Shown here in pieces: positions 10,101-16,780 of a stretch of DNA of 32,000 nucleotides (position 1 is its first letter; every line of letters begins with the position of its first letter). The position numbers were made by a program, and so were the translations under genes. The stretch lies in NCBI GenBank assembly GCA_030149205.1, contig JASBSB010000001.1, positions 780,001 to 812,000 on the forward strand, read 5' to 3'. A model generated the notes under the pieces. It saw only the letters and a list, made by a program, of their open reading frames with translations. It had not been told where the DNA came from and did no database searches. Source of the stretch: Candidatus Heimdallarchaeota archaeon (GTDB lineage Archaea > Asgardarchaeota > Heimdallarchaeia > Heimdallarchaeales > Kariarchaeaceae).

Positions 10101-11229
10101 TGCGTCTGCAAACATAATTTATGCAGGTGATTTGAATTCATTCTCTCCTCAAGATACAGGAAGTCTAGCACCCAATGGCGACCTAGGATACGGGCCTATA
10201 AATATGACTATAAATCCTCTACACTCAGGATACCCTCTTGTCCAATCATTCACAGACATGTATAGGTCATTAAACCCAACAACACCAGGTTATACATATT
10301 ATACTGCACCTTACGAGTCAAGAATAGATTTCATACTTACCAATGGATATCTTAATTCTAAAGGGTTAGGTTCAACAGTAGGGGATACTCCTTCTTCAAA
10401 TCTAGGCTCAGATCATTACAGTGTTGACGTGACTTTTAATCTTACAGATTGGGCACCTTTGGACACGACTCCACCATCTCAGGTAACTGGACTCTCTGCT
10501 AATGTTATATCCCCGTCTCAGATAGATCTAAGTTGGACTGGAAACCCAGAAAATGATGTTGTTTCATACAAAATCTATCGAAACAACACGTTGATTGCAA
10601 CAATATCTACAACTTCATTCAGTGATAAAGGTCTCTCTGCAGGAACAACTTATGTTTATCAAGTTTCTGCTCTTGACTCATCTGCGAATGAAGGAGCAAA
10701 ATCATTACAAGTATCTGCAACTACTTTAAGTTCCTCAGGATTGAATCACATCATTATTTCTGAGGTTTTTTATGACACACCAGGAACGGATTCAGCCGAA
10801 GAATGGATCGAATTATACAATCCTACAACTGTACCTGTAGACCTTTCAGGTTGGACATTGTCAGATAACCGAGGGGTCTTCACACTCCCATCAGGTACCA
10901 CAATTGGTGTTAATTCGTTCTTGGTTGTTGCGAGGAATGCAGCAGGATATTTCGCACTATACAACAAAAATCCAGATGTTTCAGGAATGACCCTGTCTTT
11001 AGGGAATTCAGGTGATGTTTTAAGGCTGAAAAACCTTGGTGGAACCGAGGTGGATATGGTAGCTTGGGAGAATTATATTGTTGGATGGTCAATCTTTGCC
11101 AAAACGGGCCAGTCTATCTCAAGAGTATCATTAACATCGGATTCAGACACTGTCAATGATTGGATTGTTACATTGTCAAATGGGACTCCTGGGACTTTAT
11201 CCTCACCACCGAGAACAAAAACTGTTTGA
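7183..11229 (+). CDS. Exported multidomain nuclease/phosphoesterase: signal/TM - LTD - Ig - PLD (2xHKD) - FN3-like - Ig - EEP - FN3 - LTD
   Basis: Hydrophobic N-terminus; LTD motif IISEV.YD...EW.ELYN twice; HxKxxxxD at 8317 (HNKFFIVD, then GSWN) and 8794 (HHKFGVFD, then GSTN); EEP motifs MTYNI (9649), GDLNS (10126), RIDFI (10321), SDH (10408); DTTPP..VTGL...W...Y.IYR FN3 repeat. Confidence 0.88.
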   Translation: MKPISYVLIATLLIGSVSGVIVVHLGLSNPQSTDLIISEVLYDTPACDSTCEWVELYNPTTSAIDITGWTLWDNSKSNLLPSVVIPSGGYFVFARSNTGFQSLYNKLPDSGAMTLALGNSGDVLRLKNSAGTEVDMVAWENYITGWSVSAVDSTIYRPTTTDTDSVSDWADSKSLGTPGSGYSSPTDTISPNVTISSPIDGTTVSGSVLFSCSATDNSGVISSYSLKIDGIIKSSSNNYTWDTTADSDGSHTLRCEAMDTSSNTGFAEIAVNVNNTSPIKTFNVYFTDPLAGVPRMESPSLQKGNISTGIVDLLNSATGSIDAALYHLSWQPVIDALLNANTRGVTVRIAADASNLNEFTVLSSAGISVTAVNTSKIMHNKFFIVDSQYVFTGSWNPTETGTLFNANDAIKIKSPQLATVFQAEFDQLFANIYGTKKTDNNAEIVTVGSTTVEAYFAPKDTGLTRLIQLIDGATTSIYLSLFYFTDNSIYDAILRARDRGVLVRGVFDYRGWRNAYSEADDVIAWGGGVVDANPGVNHHKFGVFDGKIVWTGSTNWSASGFSGNDENSVVIHDIGVASHYIARVNDFYTDAQNYDNSSSQAPRIVTRHYSGYPGSNFIQWRPHLNGNTPKKLVDTYVLWRWNPTISQFEELQELNWAVGYYSDSDIVLDQTYYYCVSSRTNGLDSGCSAEFAQVQYSGGGSSQPVLSTATGHLTSFGTDKVAPVVQFRSHITGQTVNGWQTIVYSGNDTSARSSWELLIDGSVVSRNSLFLLDTTKLVDGMHTLEARVTDEFGNVGTKTITLNVDNSAYTPISPVNFASIKFMTYNIEASGTNPGFKDVLKEENADIVVLVEAGNFDDNGNFSINSLVMELNQYFSTELPYSFALTQGQGSKYTGIAVLSRFQISNSLLIPLVTLDNGYKFDVSHDFIDVTLLVGTGILHVIGSHLKAKSGASNEIKREKAQEGIINYMDTLGASANIIYAGDLNSFSPQDTGSLAPNGDLGYGPINMTINPLHSGYPLVQSFTDMYRSLNPTTPGYTYYTAPYESRIDFILTNGYLNSKGLGSTVGDTPSSNLGSDHYSVDVTFNLTDWAPLDTTPPSQVTGLSANVISPSQIDLSWTGNPENDVVSYKIYRNNTLIATISTTSFSDKGLSAGTTYVYQVSALDSSANEGAKSLQVSATTLSSSGLNHIIISEVFYDTPGTDSAEEWIELYNPTTVPVDLSGWTLSDNRGVFTLPSGTTIGVNSFLVVARNAAGYFALYNKNPDVSGMTLSLGNSGDVLRLKNLGGTEVDMVAWENYIVGWSIFAKTGQSISRVSLTSDSDTVNDWIVTLSNGTPGTLSSPPRTKTV
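7282..7722 (+). repeat. Lamin-tail domain copy 1 (internal duplication with 10747-11196)
   Basis: Shares long identical protein stretches (ELYNPTT, GWTL, LGNSGDVLRLKN, GTEVDMVAWENYI, GTPG) with the C-terminal copy. Confidence 0.85.
10747..11196 (+). repeat. Lamin-tail domain copy 2
   Basis: As copy 1; DNA differs mostly at third codon positions in the conserved block. Confidence 0.85.
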
Positions 11230-11245
11230 TACACCTCCGGGTGTA
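11230..11245 (+). terminator. Small hairpin TACACC-TCCG-GGTGTA immediately after the stop codon
   Basis: Perfect 6-bp stem, C(UCCG)G tetraloop, followed by T-rich AGATTTAGTTTGTTT. Confidence 0.35.
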
Positions 11246-11352
11246 AGATTTAGTTTGTTTATGAAAACTTAAACATTGTCGACCGAGTATTCTATTCTAA
11301 TTTCAATATCAGATTTATATACAGAATCCAATATTATCTTAGAGGTTTGAAA

Positions 11353-11481
11353 ATGAGTAAAACACAACAACAAAAATCAGATAAGGCCAAAAGATTAGTC
11401 CTACAGGAATATATCAACAGATGCAAAGAGAAAGATCGATACAATCTCTACAAAACTTTTCCAGTACCTTTTTTGGTATGA
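11353..11481 (+). CDS. Putative 42-aa micro-protein, not in ORF track
   Basis: MSKTQQQKSDKAKRLVLQEYINRCKEKDRYNLYKTFPVPFLV*. TTTATATA at 11314-11321 and AGAGGT just upstream; fills the gap between two genes. Confidence 0.45.
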   Translation: MSKTQQQKSDKAKRLVLQEYINRCKEKDRYNLYKTFPVPFLV

Positions 11482-11562
11482 ATTTATCACCATAATTTCT
11501 TTAACTCAAGTCATGAACAGTAGTGAAAACCTTTAAATTTCCTTAATCTTATAACTTGAATA

Positions 11563-12642
11563 ATGCTGTTAGCACTGGAACTAGTACCACCTGTATTGAC
11601 TTTCCTAATCTCTATATTGGGACTGGTTCTGGTATTCAAGCAGTTTCACAGCAAGCCCATTAGACTAGTTTTTTGGTTGTATCTGACCTTTATCGCATTT
11701 CTTAGTTGGAGTCTGATGATCCTTTACTATAGGACTGCTTCCTCTTACTCAGAATCATTGTTTTTGGTTTCATTTTCATTTATTTTTGTTCAACTTGCAA
11801 TGTACGGGACATTTAGATTCCATAGAAATTTCTTCGTTAATAAACACTTCAAGAATCTTGACTTATATATTGTCACAGCATTAGTTGCACTTAACTCATT
11901 TCTAGGGTTTGACCATAGATATTTATCCACAATAAAGTTAAATAATGGACTTTACACAGACAATTTCAACCCAATTCTTCTCATTCCACATTTTGTAGTA
12001 GTAATTATATCAGGTTACACCACGATAATGGCACTTAAACAGATGAGTTTGTTTGGTACAACTTTAGAGGGAGAAAACAGAAAAAATGACTACAAATCGA
12101 TTATTGCTGCAGTAATATTGTCTTCGTTCGTATTGTTAATAATTCCTTGGTTGGTTGTTGCCAATCAGACTAAAACTAACAACACTGATATCTTTATCCT
12201 GTTTAGCTCGATCATAGTTTCATTCTTCATTTATATTTATGGAATCAGACCATTTGCGAAGTTTTTTACTCCTCAGAGAATCTGGCAGATTCTGGTTATT
12301 GATTCAGCGGGGATACCGGTTTATCAACGTGTATTCAATGAGGAAGAAAGCATCGCAGACCCATTATTAATCTCTGCTTCTTTGGCTGTGGTGGGTAAGT
12401 TTTTACCAAAAAAAATCAAATTGACACCAATTGAAGAGATAAAGTTCAGCGAAAAATCGATAACACTTTTACAAAAAAATGGACTCAGCTATTGCATGAT
12501 CTCAGATAATAAAAGTCTCCAGTCCCAACTCTTGTTGACCGAGTTAAGCTCAACATTCTCAGAAATTTCATTGAGTTTGAAGGATACGTATGATGAGCTT
12601 TATTCAAGTTACAACGCCGCTTTAATGAAAATTATCTCATAA
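11563..12642 (+). CDS. 7TM membrane protein with C-terminal longin-like domain
   Basis: Seven hydrophobic segments in the first ~230 aa, then QILVIDSAGIPVYQRVF followed by a helix, three strands and two helices, matching longin topology. Confidence 0.7.
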   Translation: MLLALELVPPVLTFLISILGLVLVFKQFHSKPIRLVFWLYLTFIAFLSWSLMILYYRTASSYSESLFLVSFSFIFVQLAMYGTFRFHRNFFVNKHFKNLDLYIVTALVALNSFLGFDHRYLSTIKLNNGLYTDNFNPILLIPHFVVVIISGYTTIMALKQMSLFGTTLEGENRKNDYKSIIAAVILSSFVLLIIPWLVVANQTKTNNTDIFILFSSIIVSFFIYIYGIRPFAKFFTPQRIWQILVIDSAGIPVYQRVFNEEESIADPLLISASLAVVGKFLPKKIKLTPIEEIKFSEKSITLLQKNGLSYCMISDNKSLQSQLLLTELSSTFSEISLSLKDTYDELYSSYNAALMKIIS

Positions 12643-12645
12643 AGA

Positions 12646-13749
12646 TTACGCCGCCAATAAGCTATACAATAACTTATCAATTGCATCAGCCTTATTACTA
12701 TCATTATAATTCGCATTTGTCAGACTTCCTAAGACTTTATCTGCAAAACTATCCAAGATAAGGTCAAGCAACACACTCTCTTTTTCAGTTACAAGACCAA
12801 TAATGTATCGCTTTTTGGATATCAATAACATTGTTTTGTCTTCAAACTCTAATTTTCTAACATCGGTAAGATGAAACCTATATCTTAGGTTAATTGAAAT
12901 TAAAAGTATTGCAACTGAAAAAGTTGACTCCTCAATCATTCTAAGATTAGTCTTGTTTTTAATATAGAAATGCTTGTTGTAGATTGGTATCCCACTTTCA
13001 TCTATAACAAAAACTGATGAGATTCGCTCCGGTGAAAAAAATCGGATGAATTGATGTATTCCATAAACATATGTGAAAAAGTTAATGACAACACCAGCAA
13101 AAAGAATGAAAATGCTGTTTCCCACCTTATTTCCATTGAGGAGCAAGAAAAATGCGGTGATAATAACAGCGATAATTATCCCAAAAAAAGAGTAGGCAAC
13201 CGGTCGGATAGTGTCTCGTTGAAAATCTCCATCTCTGAAATTAAAACGTAGGTTTACATTTGTCAATCCTTTGATGATTATAATCCCTACGATAACTACG
13301 GTCAAATATTGAAGTACGAAAAGTAAAGGACTGTAAATTACTTCTATCTCAGAATTTTGAGTTCTAATAACAGATAGATAGCTTTGATCAAGATACAGGA
13401 ATGTGTTATTCCCTAGAAGCAATAGAATTAACCCTGAAAGGAAACGTTCTCCTTTGAAAGAACCAATGATCTGAACATGAAAATAGTATGCTGAAAATAT
13501 CATCAGTTGCAGGAAACAAAAGGACACAAAGTTTAATTTTATATCCAAATTAATATCTATGACCATTCTTGAGGAAATCAGAAAGAGACTCCAAAAAAAT
13601 GTTGCAATCATTACAAGATATAGCCAACGTATAGACTTAACTGGTTTGTTCTTCATCTGACCCCAAATAAGTATAAGTCCAACCACAGATGAAATTAGTG
13701 AATAGGATCCAAAAATGACATCATAAACTAAGTATGTCAGCAGTATCAT
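12646..13749 (-). CDS. 7TM membrane protein with C-terminal longin-like domain (paralogue of 11563-12642)
   Basis: Aligns by eye with its neighbour (KP...WLY...IA...WSL; YGI.....F.P.RI..(I/V).VID..GIP(V/I)Y); convergent with a 3-bp gap. Confidence 0.7.
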   Translation of the reverse strand: MILLTYLVYDVIFGSYSLISSVVGLILIWGQMKNKPVKSIRWLYLVMIATFFWSLFLISSRMVIDINLDIKLNFVSFCFLQLMIFSAYYFHVQIIGSFKGERFLSGLILLLLGNNTFLYLDQSYLSVIRTQNSEIEVIYSPLLFVLQYLTVVIVGIIIIKGLTNVNLRFNFRDGDFQRDTIRPVAYSFFGIIIAVIITAFFLLLNGNKVGNSIFILFAGVVINFFTYVYGIHQFIRFFSPERISSVFVIDESGIPIYNKHFYIKNKTNLRMIEESTFSVAILLISINLRYRFHLTDVRKLEFEDKTMLLISKKRYIIGLVTEKESVLLDLILDSFADKVLGSLTNANYNDSNKADAIDKLLYSLLAA

Positions 13750-13945
13750 TCCTACTACAACCCTTCATTAAAATTCGTTCGCATTATTGAAAATTATTCC
13801 GTAATCTATTAACAAAATCTTTAGAAATTGTTGAACCCTTGGCAGTAATTAGAGATTGTCAAACCATGTTCACAGAATTTACAGTATAACGACTTTTTTA
13901 TTTTTCTAAAATTTTATATACTCAAAATTCTACTGATGGTTAACG

Positions 13946-15118
13946 ATGTCAGCAGAAAGGGTTGTAACAAATAGATTTCCATCAGGAAACGGTCTATTCG
14001 GTTTGAAACAGCTGTATACATCAGTGTTTATTGTTTCGTTAGGCATTAAACTCGTTTTTAGTTTCTTCAATCCTTATTTTACAACTGACCTGTACAGAAA
14101 TCTCTGGTATGCAGATCAGTTTTGGTATCTGGGTTTTGACGTGTACAAATACTCTCCAATTCAGATTAATCCTGCTTACAATTTAATAGATAACAATACG
14201 GGTCAATTAGCATGGCCAACAACACATTTTGATTATGGTGTTGTAAACCTAATGTTTTATGCTGTTATTGTGTTTATTTTTGGAAACTCATATCTAGCAG
14301 TTGTAACCACAAAATTGGTTCTTCTGGTCTTTGACCTGATGAACTTCTATATGCTTCTCAAACTTCTTCCAGAGGATCAATCATTGATTGCATGGGTTTA
14401 TTGGTTAGCAAGTATTCCTCTGGCTTCATTTGAGGGACAAGTTGTTTCTATCACTGTGTTTTTTATGCTTGGAGCAATTTACGTTTACAAAAAACATAAC
14501 AATAAAACTCTGGCGTATCTCTTAATTGCATTTGGATTTCATTGGAAATACATTCCAATTATTATCCTTCCTTACTTGATGTTTGACTCTGTAATGAGTT
14601 GGAAAAAACCCAAAATTGTTTGGAAGGAGTTTACTGATTTTGTTCAAGGGTTTATTATACCATTTACTCTGTTATGGTTTCCTCTCTTTTATTCACCGTA
14701 TATTTTAAATTACATCCTTTATAGAGGTAATCTTCCTATTGCGGATCCACCTTGGAACCCCTTTTATTATGGTGCTCCTTTCAATTTCTCTGAAATCCTA
14801 ATTGTAGGGTTCTTTCTCTTTGTTTTGTACTCTGTAATAAGGGAAGCTAGGTTTAAAATGGATTTATCTATAGTTTTTAGTGGATTACCCTTTTTGGGTT
14901 TATTATTCTTTTTCACTATTTACAAATATGCATTCCCATGGTATTGGTTGTGGGCGATACCTGCAATTATTGCACTAAAAACAAGTGATCAGAAACGTTA
15001 CAATTACTTTAAGCTCTTTCTCGGCCTTTGTGCTTTTGCTGGGATTGAAATGTTGATGAATGCTTTTGGAGTAGGTATATTTCTAAATCGAAAAGGGAGA
15101 GTCCCAAATTTCCCATAA
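13946..15118 (+). CDS. GT-C fold polytopic membrane glycosyltransferase (GT87/DUF2029-like)
   Basis: Acidic first loop (TTDLYRN), FEGQ, conserved WKYIP lysine and FPWYWLW motif; about 10 TM segments. TTTTATATA 26 nt upstream of ATG. Confidence 0.6.
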   Translation: MSAERVVTNRFPSGNGLFGLKQLYTSVFIVSLGIKLVFSFFNPYFTTDLYRNLWYADQFWYLGFDVYKYSPIQINPAYNLIDNNTGQLAWPTTHFDYGVVNLMFYAVIVFIFGNSYLAVVTTKLVLLVFDLMNFYMLLKLLPEDQSLIAWVYWLASIPLASFEGQVVSITVFFMLGAIYVYKKHNNKTLAYLLIAFGFHWKYIPIIILPYLMFDSVMSWKKPKIVWKEFTDFVQGFIIPFTLLWFPLFYSPYILNYILYRGNLPIADPPWNPFYYGAPFNFSEILIVGFFLFVLYSVIREARFKMDLSIVFSGLPFLGLLFFFTIYKYAFPWYWLWAIPAIIALKTSDQKRYNYFKLFLGLCAFAGIEMLMNAFGVGIFLNRKGRVPNFP

Positions 15119-15148
15119 GGTTTAAAAGACAAACAATATACCATAATT

Positions 15149-15532
15149 ATGGAACTTAATTATATAAGAATCTTGACCGACAATCTTCCAGTTTTGCGGG
15201 AGTTCTATGAGAAAAAATTAGCATTTCCAGTGAGATTTTCCACTGAAGCTTATGTGGAGTTCGAAAACAAGGGTGCTGTCTTCTCCCTTTTTGACAGAGG
15301 AGCTATGGAGAAGGCAATCGGAAAAAAGCTTGAAATCCATGAGTCTCCTTCTCCAATATTGATTTTTGCTGTTGATAATATAGCTGATGAATACAAGAAG
15401 CTGAGTGAAAGGGGGGTAATTTTTCTGTCACCTCCCACTGAAAGAAAGGATTGGTTCTTAATAACCGCTAATTTTCTTGATCCCGATGGGAACTTACTGG
15501 AAATTAATCAATCTCTCAATCAGGGACAGTAA
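15149..15532 (+). CDS. VOC (glyoxalase-like) family protein
   Basis: LREFYEKKLAF, FAVDNIADEYKKL..RGV.F...P, FLDPDGNLLEI. Confidence 0.92.
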   Translation: MELNYIRILTDNLPVLREFYEKKLAFPVRFSTEAYVEFENKGAVFSLFDRGAMEKAIGKKLEIHESPSPILIFAVDNIADEYKKLSERGVIFLSPPTERKDWFLITANFLDPDGNLLEINQSLNQGQ

Positions 15533-15593
15533 GAAATTATATAGGGTCTCAAAATTAGAAATCTTCTTTAATAAGAAAATTGATAACAAACTT

Positions 15594-15734
15594 ATGTTTC
15601 AAAATTCCTGCTCACTTTGTAGAATAAAACCTGCTTCTCATCAATGTAGGGTTTGTGGTAGATTGTATTGTGATCAATGTTGGAGAGGTGAAAGAAAAAT
15701 CTGCCAACAGTGTCTTAAATTAACTAGGATCTAA
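15594..15734 (+). CDS. 46-aa 8-Cys zinc-finger micro-protein
   Basis: MFQNSCSLCRIKPASHQCRVCGRLYCDQCWRGERKICQQCLKLTRI*: CxxC-x8-CxxC-x4-CxxC-x7-CxxC. ATG at 15594 avoids the overlap with the VOC gene seen in the ORF-track call (15477). Confidence 0.75.
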   Translation: MFQNSCSLCRIKPASHQCRVCGRLYCDQCWRGERKICQQCLKLTRI

Positions 15735-15832
15735 TGGACAGAACTCTCAATTTTTCCAGAACTTAATCTCAATTAATAACAGAAAAAACAACAGATAAAA
15801 GAGGAGAATCTTTATTCAATTGTTTCCAAGAT

Positions 15833-16597
15833 ATGTCTTTAGGTCTGATATTGGCATCCACATACATTGCATCAGCATTGATTGCTATGGCAGGGCTGTA
15901 CTATGTATTTTTATATACCAGGACCAAAATAACTGAGTTTGCAGTTCTAGGATTAACATTAGTTGGATCAACTTCAATTGTCATTGTAGATTTTTTAAGA
16001 ATCTACGGAAGCCAAATGTTAATTTTGACCTCAATAGAGATCTCTTTAATCCATTTGGTGTTACTACTTGAGTTAGTGTTGTTCTACCTGTTAACTCAGG
16101 ATGCAATCCACCTATCACCATTTCTTTTTGCGGGTTTTATTACCCTGATAGATCTTATTTATTACTTATACAATCCAACAACATTCTTTCCAATAACAAT
16201 GGTTGCGATTAACCCGTATAAGCTAGTCTTAGGTGTTAACACTATTATAATTATATTAGCTCTTATAAAAACTGAGCTCGTGGTTGATAATACTCAATTA
16301 CGGATTGCAAAATATTTATGGATTGCTTTAGAAATTTCGTTGTTTCTCGAGTTTATAGTTTTACCATTAATCATCAGAATTGACTCTCAGCTTGTTTTCA
16401 CTATAGTCTCCATTGCTTTAGTTTTTATATACTTCACTTTCACTTCACCTGCGAGTCTACTATTTAATAAATCCAGATTCTTGGACATCAGGAGGATTTA
16501 CAAGGAATTAGAAACCAACTCTAAGTCTAGCAATCCAAAATTAAGTATTAGAGAATACATTCAAACAGTTTCTGAGATGATGCAAATTGAAAAGTAG
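15833..16597 (+). CDS. Hypothetical ~7TM membrane protein with short cytoplasmic tail
   Basis: About seven hydrophobic segments and a charged ~45-aa C-terminal tail; no catalytic motif recognised. Confidence 0.6.
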   Translation: MSLGLILASTYIASALIAMAGLYYVFLYTRTKITEFAVLGLTLVGSTSIVIVDFLRIYGSQMLILTSIEISLIHLVLLLELVLFYLLTQDAIHLSPFLFAGFITLIDLIYYLYNPTTFFPITMVAINPYKLVLGVNTIIIILALIKTELVVDNTQLRIAKYLWIALEISLFLEFIVLPLIIRIDSQLVFTIVSIALVFIYFTFTSPASLLFNKSRFLDIRRIYKELETNSKSSNPKLSIREYIQTVSEMMQIEK

Positions 16598-16780
16598 AGA
16601 GAACACTATAAGTCTTTAACATCACATCTTTGACATACGAGACTTCTATTACCCTTATTCTGTAATTAATCCACTATCGTGAATTTAAGGGTCAATTGAG
16701 AAACTTCTAGGATTTTTATGCATTATATTATAACTTTAAGGTGTAGAATGTTTTAAAAATATATAAGTTAATTTAATTTT

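Noticed and set aside
15477-15593. N-terminal extension of the zinc-finger ORF
   Set aside because: Overlaps the VOC gene by 56 bp and is low-information; ATG 15594 is more plausible.
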